64,000 nucleotides of DNA from assembly GCF_009914755.1 (NCBI RefSeq), contig NC_060929.1; one strand, 5' to 3'. Shown here one piece after another: positions 41,132 through 53,510 of this stretch. Under the pieces are notes generated by a model that saw only the letters and a list, made by a program, of their open reading frames with translations, ran no database searches and was not told the DNA's origin. Within the stretch, counting starts at the first letter, position 1. Every line of letters begins with the position of its first letter. Position numbers and translations under genes: made by a program. The stretch is from the human T2T-CHM13v2.0 reference genome, Homo sapiens.

Positions 41132-42854
41132 TAGTTTTATGATCCATCTTTTTTCTCTTGTTCTCCAGGAGGCTTCCTACCTCTCAGACCCTACCAAGCT
41201 ATGTCCCCAATTTTTTGTTTTTTTCCCACTGAGACCTCTATGGCTCTAATGTTTTAGATTTCAAGAAAACTTAAAATTTGGACTATAAGAATGACATAGA
41301 AAGGAAAAAATATCACAAAGAATGAAAAGCTGCAATTTGATCATTTGCATGTGTTGCATTTTTGAAGTCCTCCCCACCCCATTGCAACAAGAGACTTTAT
41401 CTTTAGGTTGTATTTGTTCTTTTTTTTTTTTTTCTCCCAAACATCTAGCAGTTTACTAATATTTGTAGTGGGCAAAAATTTGTAACAATTTCTTATATAA
41501 TGCAGTATATCAAATATCCTATTAAAATAAAATTTAGTTCATATCTTGAAGGATTATTTTCTGACCTTATATGGAAAAGGAAAGTTTTGAGAATGAGTAG
41601 TTCTTTAAACCCTGAATCAATGTAACCAGGAAAAAATAAGTGAAGAGAGACTGTGCCTTGCCATGGGTCAGGGGAAGTTTTACTATCAAATTTTCATGCA
41701 ATACCCAAATCTCTGTATAGGTATGAGGGCTCTCTTTTCTGTTTCTTTGTCTATAAGGAAATTCTAAATTAAATTTCCTCTTCCTTACAAGCCAGTTATT
41801 AAGTTATTAAGTTCTGCCTTTAATTTCAGCTTGAATCAATTAGGTTAGATGCCCACAAGCAAGTGCCCTGGTTCATCATTTCAAAGAATGAGACTCTTTT
41901 TGCTGTATTTTTCTTTGCATCCATGGCTGATTTTTCTACCCTTCTACTAGCAGCTCTTCTTCCGCCTCCAGGAGTTTATTCTTTTCACTAGTATGCCAAC
42001 TCCAGTGGCATTACAAAGGGAGGGTTAATAAAACCTGTGTTGAGTTGGTATTTTGACTATAGCTAGCTCTGAATTGGAGCATAGAGAGCGCTGTTAGCCA
42101 TAACCTGAGTGTTCCTGATGAAACTCAGAGCCAGCTTTCTGCCTTAGTCATCATTTTTGGTTCACTTTGTGTAAGCAAGTTCCCAGTGTAACCCACTGGC
42201 CTTGGCACACCTCAGGAAGAATTAGGTCTCTATGTACAAAAATGTTCGACAGAAACCTAAGACCCTCATCTAGAATCTGAATATATAATCAGTGTGTCGG
42301 GCCTCAAAAGAGAAGAGCAATGTGATTTCATGTAGAACCCTATTTGTATGCTGCCACAGCCCTATGCTTTGCTTTACTTCGGATTCATATAGAAATCCAA
42401 GAATTTGTAGTAAGTAAGAGAAAGAAAACACCATCTCTGCTCAGCTGAGCTGGCCCGTGTGCCGAACTAGGAAGATGGCTCTTTTCCTCTGGAGAGGATA
42501 TGATCTTTTCAAGGTTGCTTTTTACACATCACCATGGGGCTGGCCTGGTTGCACGCTGAAGCTGTGAAACCTGAGTGTGTATCTGTGCAAAGCTGGGGTC
42601 GAATCAGGGCCCCTAGGGGCCCTGCACTGGTTTTGTTGAGTGGAACATACAGGTTGGGGTTTTTGGAGGCTGGGTGGGGAAGAGGGAGGAGAGATGAGGG
42701 TGTTGTCAGTGAGGGAGGAACTTTGGGGAACAGAAATATCTAAAAGGAAGTTTAATGGACTTTCTTGTACACGGTGCATAATGTGAATCCTCGTCCATGT
42801 CACCTCATGCGGGCTTCGGTAAGAACCACTCCCTCATTCTTCAGTCTTCCACAG

Positions 42855-43378
42855 TATTAAGAGCTTGGGTTCTGGGGGCAGATTTACTGAAGAGTTCACA
42901 TCCCAACTTTATTAGTTGTTTTACAATGATCACTTCCTTTTTAAAATTTATTTTAGATTCAGGAAGTACATGTGTAGGTTTGTTACGTGGGTATATTGTG
43001 TGATGTTATGAGGACTGGGCTTCTAATGTACCCATCACCCAATAATGAACGTTGTACCCAATGGGTAATTCTTTAGTCATCACCCCACCGACCCTCCCCA
43101 CTTTTGGAATCCCCAGTGTCTGTCATTTCTATCTTTATGTGCATGATGTGTATTATTTATTCCCTGCTTATAAGTGAAAACATGTAGTGTTTGATTTTCT
43201 ATTTCTGAGTACGACGAACAGTTCCTTGCCCTCTATAAGCCTCATCTGTTAAATGGAAACAGTAGTAGTATCTACCTCCTAGGGTTGTTAGGATGAAATG
43301 AAATAGTTCATGTAGAGCACTTTGCATGGCTTCTGGCTCATAATCAGGGCTCAGTAAAAGTTACCTGCCGTAATTATG
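42855..43378 (+). mobile_element. MIR SINE interrupted by an L1 fragment
   Basis: TTAAGAGCTTGGGTTCTGGGG 5' part. Resumes after 43210 with CTCATCTGTTAAATGG...CCTCCTAGGGTTGTT...GCTCAGTAAAAGTTA. Confidence 0.7.
42938..43210 (-). mobile_element. L1 3' end fragment (L1PB/old L1PA-like), antisense
   Basis: TTTTATTTTAGATTCAGGAAGTACATGTGTAGGTTTGTTACGTGGGTATATTG...CTTATAAGTGAAAACATG. Confidence 0.85.
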
Positions 43379-44558
43379 GTCATCGTTGCTCTTTTAACAG
43401 GCACTGGGGATTTGGAATGTGTTTGGAGGGTTGTACTGAGGTGCAGAGTCCTGCTTCGTGATGGGCACAAGGTGAGAAGGGAGGCTGCCCTCTGGGTTCC
43501 AGTCATATCTCAATTAAAGAATAACACACGCCCTTCCCCTAACTCATCTAGAACAACCCCATGTACGTAGCTGGCAGTGAACACAAAAGCTCTCTGAGTA
43601 GCCGGAAGAGCCCACAATTTCATCAGCTCTCTAGACCTGTTGGACACCCTCAGATCAGGGTGACTGAGAGAGTGTGGGCAGGAAGCCCAGACCAGGAATC
43701 CAGGAGAGGCTGCTTAGGGCTTTGGGGTCCAGGCAGAGCAGGAACTATAAGGAGGTAGAGCCACTTGGAGGAAGGCGAGGACCAGAATGGAGTGGAGTGG
43801 CTCTTTTGGCTCCACATGACCACCATTTAGCTACTTGGTGTGTTGGCCTCTCTACATCCAGTTGCTGCTTCTCAGTGCTCCCCTCTGGCTTATTCTTTCC
43901 CACCATTCTGTGCCTGGGCTTTACTCTCCCTCACAGCTTCTGCTTCCTTTTAGCTTTGGATTGCCATGACCCCTGACGGCCCCAGTGCTTTCATAGCCTC
44001 ATTCTCCTTAGAATTTCACCTGCTGCTTTGCTAAATTCTCTGCCATCCAGCCCTGAGGGAAGGCATCTATGGACTGGAGACCTTGAGGCAGGGGATTCTA
44101 CAGTTTAATCATCTGTAGCCACAGTGAACTGGGTTACCAACCTTTCAGCAGGAACTGAAGGTAGAGCACGTTCGAAGACTGCCAAGTCCAGGACATACCT
44201 TTTGCAGACAATTACAACAAACTTGGCTCCTTGGCTTTCTGCCATCCAGTATTTTGGGAGTAACAGTCATACCACAAAAGGTGGTTACATTCACAGAATA
44301 GAAAGTTAATAATTGCTGATGAGGCAAAGTCCAGAAGAACTTTTTCTGAAGTCATAAAAGCTGTAATAATACAAAGGTCTGGATAAAGAACTAGCTACCC
44401 TTCAAATCCAGCAGCAGCTTCTTTGGTCACAACTGTATAACAGCACAAGACAGTATTGATTTTTATAATTTTCTCACCTCAAGTAAATTGCATTTGATAT
44501 ATTCTGTCTTTGAAGGTAGAAAAATGTGTGCCGTGTTTTAGAAAGGTTTCCTTTGGTT

Positions 44559-44873
44559 CACCTGGCACGGTGGCCCATGCTTGTAATGTCAGCATGTTCG
44601 GAGGCCAAGGTGGGTGGATCACTTGAGGTCAAGAGTTTGAGACCAGCCTGGCCAGCATTGTTGAAACCTCATCTCTACTTTAAAAAAAAAAAAAAAAAAA
44701 AAAAATTAGCTGGGCCTGATGGCATGCGCCTGTAATCCCAGCTACTCGGGAGGCTGAGACATGAGAATCGCTTGAACCCGGGGGGGAAGAGGTTACAGTG
44801 AGCTGAGATCACACCACTGCACTCCAGCCTGCATGACAGAGCAAGACTCCATCTCAAAAAAAAAAAAAAAAAA
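44559..44873 (+). mobile_element. Alu (AluS-type) with expanded pure A24 middle linker
   Basis: Two monomers, A-run at 44682-44705, A18 tail. Confidence 0.95.
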
Positions 44874-45229
44874 GAAATCCATTGTTTGTAATAAGAATAG
44901 GGGCGCTCAAATGATTACATTTCATTTGTTTGTAGAGTTGTTCATCAATGATGTAGATTGTGTATCACAATTCCTTAGGACCTAGAGATGGTAATAGTAT
45001 GGGGGCAAGCGCATGACTAAGCCAGGCCAACCATAATATTTTCATGGATTTTTTTGTTTTGTTTTAACTGGTGCTGGGTTAAGAATCTGTCTTGCCTACC
45101 AGAATATCCAGCAGCCGTGTTCTCCATCACATATAGAAAGTTCAGCTGCAGCCATTCCAATGTGCAAAGAGAAACTGACAAGAGATAGTGGAAGCATTTT
45201 TTGAGCTTTTTTTTAACTCTCTCTGCCAT

Positions 45230-45545
45230 TCAACAGATTTTTCTGAATGTCTTCAATATGTAAACACATTAAAGATGAGTTACAGGGGATCGTGCCCTTC
45301 ACGATGAGAAATAACAGAAACATAAAGTACTTGTATTGAATGGTCTAGGTGCTACAGGATAAAGTGCTGCTGGAATTCCTAGGCAAGAGAGATGACTTTG
45401 AACTGGGATGATCAAGGAAGGCTTTGTGATCAAATTGGCACTTGAACATGCATCTTGAGGATAGGTTGGATTTAGACAGCAAACAGTGGGAAAAGGCTCA
45501 GAGGCAAGATCATACAGGGCACATGTGGGGAGCTGCTCATAGTTA
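45230..45545 (-). mobile_element. L2 relic
   Basis: CATTCAACAGATTTTTCTGAATG...GATCAAGGAAGGCTT...CTTGAACATGCATCTTGAGGATAG. Confidence 0.55.
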
Positions 45546-45797
45546 ACTTTGAACATATGCTTCTCATCTGTAATATTACAATTGTTTTGTTTTCTTGTGT
45601 CAATATGCTTTTTACCTCTTCAGACACTAAAGCTGGGGAAGCCTAGTAATGTTGTCTTCCCATTCCAGAATTCCATGCTAGCTGGCTCCTGATGCAACAT
45701 CTTTTGTCAATTTATTTCATGTAATTGACTTGCCTGAGACGTTCCCTATTTTCATCACAGCTTTGCTTCATAGTCAAATAGACCTCACCATCTGGAA

Positions 45798-45800
<3 letters not shown>

Positions 45801-45846
<46 letters not shown>
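45801..45846. repeat. Pure T46 homopolymer
   Basis: 46 uninterrupted T counted directly. Confidence 0.97.
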
Positions 45847-45849
<3 letters not shown>

Positions 45850-46624
45850 CAAATTTTCTTCCACAAAGGGCCTGTTTTGGTTTCTGAGTGTCACACAAGA
45901 TCTTACGACATTCTGCATCATCCTCTTTGCTTTGAGTTTTATAATGTTAAAAAGCCAACAAAATAGGTTCAAAAATAAGCTGTATTCCTCTTCTGTGTTG
46001 CAACCCAAGACTAAGCACATCAGACAAATTCTGACACCTTCAGCTTTTAGCAAAGGCTGTTTGGTTGCCTTGGAGTTAGGCTATATCTCTAGGAGATTAG
46101 CTCTAGGCTCTGAGAGGGTAAAGCAACTCAGAAACAATCAGGATAGACCAGATTCATGGTGGGATTAATAAGGAGAGGATATAGATAGTGATCACGTAGA
46201 CTTACAGAAAATGCCTGCTTATTTTTACTCCTTACACAGAGTTGTTTTGTTTAGCCTTCACTTACTATGCTAAACCTGCTAAAGTACATGTGGTATTTAT
46301 TTTCATTTGGATGGGTAGCATCCCTTCTCTTTCTCAAACTGTAAGTGAACTATGGAAACTGCATCCCAGACATTCAGTGGTGATAGTCTGACACATTGTC
46401 ACAGAGCACCATGCACTACTAAAGTGACTGTTGGGGCCTTTGCTTTTGCAATGTTTGCATTTCTCTCAATCCAGGGCCTCTCTGGGCTCTAACAGGAGCT
46501 ATTCCTGTCTTCCTCACATGTTTCTGAAAACTGAACACTGGTGTAAATTTCCCTAATGTGACATCTTTTACATGTACAGACAGTTCTATTCAAGACCCTG
46601 TATGTCAGCTTGAGCAGATTTACC

Positions 46625-47150
46625 AATCAGTGTTCTTGGTTGCAAGTAACAGAAAACCTAGCCCAAATAAGTTAGGCTAAAATGGAACTTACTGGTTTTC
46701 CATTGTGCAGGAACATTTGTATTCAGGCATGGCTGGGTCCAGGGGCACAGGTGTTGCCATCAGAACCCAGCTCTTGCCAGCTCTCATTTCAGCTTTCCTC
46801 TTTGCTGACTCTCCTTAGATAAGCTCTTTCCTTTTGATTGCAGGGTGGTTACCACCAGCTGGACTTACCTTCTTAAAAAGCCCAAGCCCAGCAGAAAAGA
46901 AAGAGAGAGCCTCTTTTTCTCAGCAGTTTGAAATACAGGCTGAGCCTAATTTCTGTTGGTCCACATTGAGTCCCATCCCCATCCCTTAACCAATCTTTGT
47001 GGCCAGGGGTATAAGTGAGCCTCTGTGGGGCTGGGCCTGAATCACCTGTTCACCCTTGACTGGGTGGGAGGGGAGAACAACACCCAAGGCACACGGACTC
47101 TGCGGATGGAGAAGGGGTGGTCCTCAGAGAAGAGACAGCCACAGATGTCA
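46625..47150 (-). mobile_element. MaLR LTR (old MLT1J/K-like)
   Basis: TCTTGGTTGCAAGTAACAGAAAACC...TTCAGGCATGGCTGGGTCCAGGGG...CCTTAACCAATC...TGTGGCCAGGGG. Confidence 0.75.
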
Positions 47151-47944
47151 CTACACTGGACCTTTCTTATGGGGACTTCGTGAAGGATTTGGTGACTTTA
47201 CACTCCAGGATCCAAATTTGTACTGCTTTCTTTCCCCTCAATAGTGTTTTATATGATCTCTGAAAATATCCCCTTTTTTCAGTCCAAAGGCTTCTTGCAT
47301 AATTTATTTTATTCCTAGTTGACTGACTGCCTCCTTTAAGAAAAACGTATTTTATAGTTTTTTAAAAATGAAGAAAATGTTATCTTCCTACTTAGCCCTG
47401 GACACAGTTGATTCATTTAAAAAACAAATTTCTGGGAAAAGGCTTTCATTATCAGTGCCCATTACAGGTTATTAGAGAACAAATGGCAAACACCGGTGTG
47501 CTGGGGCTGGCCTCCATTCATTTTAATGACAGTGTTGTGGAGAGTGCATCTTAGAATGTGACTAAGCAGAAGGAAAAGAATCTGAAAAGGACTGGCCCCT
47601 TGTCTTCTGTGAGAGCCATGAACATGCAAAAACAGTGGCTCAGCAGCTCTGAGAGCTCCTCAGACACAGGCCACTGGGTGGTGGCATCTTTTGGTGGCCT
47701 GCCAGAAACAGTGGGGCAGCCAGCATCCACCTCACGAGCTTTGCAAAAGTCTCCAACTTGTTGTGACATTGTCCAAAACCTATGAGTTTGGATAAGAACT
47801 GTTTCTTCTGCCAGGAATCACATTGAGCGGCTGGAAAATTCCACCTCAGTTTGATCTTCCAGTGCCTGGTTCATATCCTGAGAACAAATTTTGCTCTCAA
47901 AGGTTGAAATGAAGTCTCCATGAGCTATGGTGATGATAATGGTG

Positions 47945-48720
47945 GTAATGACAATGATAATTCACATTAAGGAAGCCCCAGTGTCCCAGGCATTTTACAT
48001 GTGTGTACTTATTTAATCAACATAATGCCGGAGGTACTGTTGTACTCCACATTTTACACATGAGGCATAGAGAGATTACCTAACTTACCTGAGGGTAGAG
48101 GTGGGATTTGAACCCAGGTGGTCAGGTTCTAGTACTGCCCCACCCACAACCACTATGCTTAGTTGCTTCTGCGGGCAATGGTTGGGTATTGGCAAGCTAC
48201 AGAAGCTGGGTGTGTTGGGAAAGAGACTGAAGCAGCCCAGTCATGTTTCTTCTTTTTCTTGCCCTCCATTCTCTGGTATCGTTCAAGTATCAGATGCTGG
48301 GGGAGTTTGGGGAGACAACAAGAGCATGGGAGAATAGGAAGCAGAGAATGAGTACCTAAAAACAGAGGTCAGCGGGCCAGAGTTTAAGAGAAAAAGAGAG
48401 GGGAAAAAAGAGCAGGAAATCCTTGAAAGGAGCTATAATAAAGGACAGAGAATATAAAGGATAAAAATGGATTCCAAGGAGGAAAAAGAATGGGAGGAAT
48501 GTTTATTGACCATCTGCTGTTGCCAGGCACTAGCCTAGGGCTTTTCCATATGTTATCTAATCTTAGAACCCAGTTAGATGAACAACCACTATCAATATTC
48601 CCATTTTACAGATGGGGAAACTGGGTTTCAGGGGGATAAAGTGACTTCCCCAAGGTCACAGAAAGCAGCAGTTTGAGCTGAGGCCTGTGTGACCCCCAGC
48701 CAACAAGTCATCCATCGTCT
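47945..48720 (-). mobile_element. Two MIR relics (~47945-48150 and ~48495-48720)
   Basis: ATTTTACACATGAGG...GGGATTTGAACCCAGG; CCCATTTTACAGATGGGGAAACTG...CCCAAGGTCACA. Confidence 0.7.
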
Positions 48721-50621
48721 TGAGGGCTAGTCCCTCATTCCTGGCCATGGTTTGTAGCCCTAGATGAGAGCCGCACTTGAGATCTTGAGATTTGACAGAT
48801 ACTTGGAGATCATACTCCAAGGAATATGGCCATTCCTTTGCTGGGAGGCAGTTGCTGTGTACTTGCATCACAAGGAGGAGAGGGGAGGGGAGAGGAATAA
48901 AGTTTTATGGGACACCTCCTTACTTCCCAAGTTTCAAACTTTTATCAAGCCAACTCTTTAAACTTTAAATATGTTGCCAGAGGTGCTGTCACTTCCTTAA
49001 GCATTCCATAACTCTCCAATCTCAGGTAAGCTATTTTTTTCCCATACTTGTGAGATTTCCTCCTACATTTGCCCATTTCTGCCATTAAAAACAAAACTAA
49101 AAACTTTCCCTCAAAAGCTGACCATCTGCTTGTCACTACGCTTTCTTCCAAATTGAAGAGGTGGTAGCAGGATGTTTGCAAGCCCAGTATTTATCTCTGG
49201 CGTAGGCACAATCCCAGCATCTACTGATTACATTTCCCATTTACTGTTAGGTTTGCGATTTGGGATTTGAACTTCCTCTGCATTTTTTTTTGTTTCCTTC
49301 CTTTTATTTCTTAGAATCCAGGTCTAATTGTCCCCTTAAGGGTTAGACTGGTTTCAATAGATTTATTAAGTGATGACTTTACAGTGTGGGTGTTATGTCC
49401 ATCTCAAAATCTGTGCAGGCAACCATCACATACATGCTTGTCCCCTATTGCCAGCTAAAACTGAGGCAGCATTTTCAAGAATGCCAAGCCTTTACTAAGT
49501 GCAGGCATTTGTTTGTTATTTCAAGTCTTTGTGTGCTGACAAATTCTGTACATGCATGCGTGTGTTTAGAGCACAGTTGGGTGACATGTGCCAGGTATCT
49601 GGTGGCAACTGTCCTCTGAGCATGGTTGATAACCAAATAAAATCCAGGAATGTGAGGCTTGTTACTCTTTAAAAAAAAAAATACATGTACAGTTGAGTAA
49701 AATGAGAATAAAAAATAAGATTAACAAAGGCTGAGAGAGGAAGAGAGTAATTCATCATAAAACTGTCCTGAGCCACCTAGCAGCCACGACAAAGAAGGGA
49801 AAAAATATAATGGGATGTATAGTTCAATTGTCTGTTCAAAAAAAGCATGCCAGTTCATCAAGAGCTACAAGTTATAATATTAATTTGTCATGTGAATCTC
49901 TATATTAATGATTTTGAATAGCTCAATAGATAATATCTTCCAAAGCAGTTTCATGCAAAAAATAAATGAGGCCCTCTATATAGGGCTGTTACTCCCATTG
50001 GTTTTGATTAAATACAGAGTCTGATATTAAGCTGAAGTATTGAAAGGTTGTTTTTACTATGGTGCAACAAGGAGAACAACCTGGAGAAAGCATGTTTGCT
50101 GGTGATCGGCCTGGTAACAGAATGATAGGTGGAAGGCAGGATCCCTCTTAGAGGATCCCAGTTATCTTGGCCATGCTTTTGATAGGAGCTACATGACATG
50201 TATTCTAAATTGAGGTCTGTGGGAATATAAATACCCGAAGGGCAGATACCCATGTTGTTGGTTGAAAGAAGATGCCAGAGGCATAGATCATGTTTTATTG
50301 AGGCTGACTGGAATTCTTGTCTCCATAGGGTTCATGCGAGTTCAGCAAGCAGTTACCATGTCTACGGCATGCCAGGATACTGTTGGGAAGGTAGTATTCC
50401 GTGTACGTGAGACCTGCACCCAGGTTTCTTTAAGGTAGCCTGGCAGTGCTGTGACAGAGACAGACTCAGGATGCAGTGGGACCCAGGGGAGGGACACTGA
50501 GCCTCACCCTCTGGGCTGCATCTTGGTAAGTGAGTAAAAGTTACCCATGGGAAGATGGGGGACATTGCAAGCAAATGGAACTGTGCAAGCACAAACAAGG
50601 AGAAAATAAATATGGAGTGCC

Positions 50622-50705
50622 CTCGAACTCTTTGGCCTCAACTGATCCTCCCACCTCGGCCTCCCAAAGCACTAGGATTACGAGCATGAGCCACTGCACC
50701 CGGCT
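50622..50705 (-). mobile_element. Alu left-arm / FLAM-like fragment
   Basis: CTCGAACTC...GATCCTCCCACCTCGGCCTCCCAAAG...GAGCCACTGCACCCGGC, with no tail or right arm. Confidence 0.9.
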
Positions 50706-51589
50706 CATGCTGCATGCCTGAGAAGTAACAAACCATTCTGCAGGGTGTGCAGGAGCCACGAGGGCCTAGAGGGAGTGGAGTCAGGAGAGCGGAAAATCAC
50801 CACAGGCCAGAATTTTCAAGAGACGTATTTTTAGGCAGGTCCAAGATGTTTCTCCAAAAACGAAGTGGCTTTGCATTGTTTTATTAATAAGAGTCAACAT
50901 TTCCGAATTCAGGCACTTCGCTTCGCAATTTACATAGGCATTGTTTTTCTTAATCCTCACAGTCACTTCTGACAGGTGGGTATTGTTTTCCCATTTTTGC
51001 CGGTAGCAGCCTCAGAAAGGTTAAGTAACTTGCCCAAAGTCCACAAAATCTAACTGCAGAGACTTCCCCACCTCACCATTTGGGAGCTTTTTTGTCCAAA
51101 GACTATGAATGTCCTAAATCAGAGCCCAAGTAGAATTGGAGTTCTGAGTCATGCTGTGTGGAAGGGAGAGGTGACCTTGACCTAGACTGCACCCTAGGCT
51201 TCCCTATACCTAAAAAATTTACCCTGAAGATGATTTTTCTTTGGTGAAGGCTGTTAGACATTGAGGCTGGTCTGCCCACAAAGATGAATTTGGTTTTGGC
51301 AAAACTAAGTAGCTCCTCTTCCCAAGATTCAGTTGCTGTTTGAGGGCAGCATCAAAACAGAGAAGTGTTGTATCTTCCTGTGTGTAAAGCAGGAAGGGTG
51401 ACATCTGTTTCTTCCAATAGCCTCTCCATGTTGTTTAGAAATCAGTATTTCTTAAAAGGAGGATGGCAGCAGGTAGAACAAAATGTCAATATTCATTCAG
51501 TGCCTCTTCTGTTTTATCCAGCTCAGAGATTCTGTCCCATGCAAAATAAAAGATAGGTAACAATCTATTGTTCAGTGTTAAGGATCCAG

Positions 51590-51990
51590 TTGGGTATGTT
51601 GTTGTACATCTCCACAATGGCATGCTACATAGCCACTAAGAAAGAACGAGGAGGCAACTTTTCGTGTAATGATGGAGCAATCTCCAGGAGATACTGTTAA
51701 GGAAAACAGTCAGGATTCAGAACAATGTGAATAACTGGTGGTCATTTGTTTTTAAAGGGAAGGGGAGTGTGAAATCACACACACACATCCACCCACACCA
51801 GCTTGCAAGTTCATTTAGTATCTCTGGAGAAAATATGAGAAACTCATACTAATGGTTACTTCTGGAGAGGGAAGGAAGAGTTATTTTTCCTGTCTACCCT
51901 TTTATACTGATACCCTTTTATACTGTCTGGAAATTTTATCAACTGATATAATAGCCATTCCAAGCAATAGATTAATGTAAAAATTAAAGA
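51590..51990 (+). mobile_element. Old L1 (L1ME-like) 3' UTR relic
   Basis: CACAATGGCATGCTACATAGCCACTAAGAAAGAACGAG...ATCTCCAGGAGATACTGTTAAG...TGGTTACTTCTGGAGAG. Confidence 0.55.
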
Positions 51991-53201
51991 GAGAAAATGC
52001 CCCATCCCCTAAACAAGTTGAAACATATTCATATAATTTATTTGTAGATATATACCTCTATCCCATGGTTGTGAATTAGCCGTCATATGAGTATTTTAAA
52101 TTTGTAGTCTATAAGCAGGCAACTTTTTAGCAATATGGGATTACATAGGATCATAGGTAATTGGAACCCTCAGCCAAATACTTGCTGATACACTACCTCT
52201 GAGTTTCTAAACAAGTGAGCAAGAAAGTCCTGTATTGAACTTCTAAGCCTCATACCTGTCAGGGACTGATAAGTACACATGGGCAGGTTCTTTGATATGT
52301 TTCCAAGTCCATTATCAGAGATAAGGAAGCTTAAGTGTAAATCTGTGATTTAACTACATTTCAAATTTGATGTGGAGCTACAGGAAGGATGCCAGAGAGA
52401 ACCTGTGTGCTCCGAATACATCTGTTGCTCTAGCTCTTTAAAAGACTTTCTTTTCCCCACATGAAAGGAGCCCAAATGTTCTCTCTGCTATATAAGGCTA
52501 TTTAACTGACCTAAGGGCTAACTCTTACTTTTTGGTGCTTCACAGATGACTAAGTGGTGGTATTATTTTAACCAGTAAAAATTCAGAAATCTAGGGTCAG
52601 GCTTGCAGCTGGCAGAACTTGTAAACAGTTAATGATTGAAAGGACTAATCAGCATCTTGAAAGGCAGCTCATGAGAAGCATAAGCAAAATGCTTAGGGGT
52701 GCCTGCAGATAGAGGACTGTGGCACTCTGTGGTGACAGTGAAGGAAAATGTGTTTGATGTCATCTTGTCACAGAGAAAGGCTATCTGTCAGACCTCAACT
52801 TAGCATGAGTTTTTCTTTTGTAAGTATGTAAGATATTTTCAGAAATGTTTTAGAAAAAAGATTGTTTTTTAAACCAAATTTTCAGTGTCTACTCGAAAAA
52901 AATGGTACACTTTTTTTTTTAATGAAGAATGTTGGATACCAAAATGTAAGAGATTTCTAATAAACAGCCCTTCTCAGTTGGTACAGACTTCAACACCTGG
53001 TCTAGAAGTTTTATACTATTGGGCATATGTGGGGTGTGGGAATTATTGTTTGTTTAGTATTTTTGCAAAAGCAGGCTTGGGTTTCTTTCTGATTCTTATT
53101 TAGGTTTGAGAGAGAACTGCCATAAGAAGGTTTTTGTTTTTAGCCAATTTTGACTTTTTCCCTTAATTTTTAAATTTCCTCATCTGAAATATGGCACAAT
53201 A

Positions 53202-53510
53202 GGCCAGGCACAGTGGCTCACGCCTGTAATCCCAGCACTTTGGGAGGGTGAGGCAGGTGGATCAACTGAGGTCAGGAGTTCGAGACCAGCCTGGCAAACA
53301 TGGTGAAACCCCTTCTCTACTAAAAATACAAAAATTAGCCGGGCGTGGTGGTGTGCCCCTGTAATCCCAGCTACTCAGGAGGCCGAGGCATGGGAATCAC
53401 TTGAACCCAGGAGGTGGAGGTTTCAGTGAGCTGAGATGGCACCACTGCACTCCAGCCTGGGTGACAGAGTGAGACTGTGTCTCAAATAAGTAAATAAATA
53501 AATAAATAAA
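53202..53510 (+). mobile_element. AluSx-like
   Basis: Full Alu, (TAAA)n tail, degenerate TSD GAAATATGGCAC / GAAATATGACAC. Confidence 0.96.

Noticed and set aside
43531-43570. Possible acceptor CCCTAACTCATCTAG at 43551 followed by an early stop
   Set aside because: Poor pyrimidine tract next to the AG and no convincing donor or poly(A) signal nearby. The 43401-43471 candidate is much stronger.
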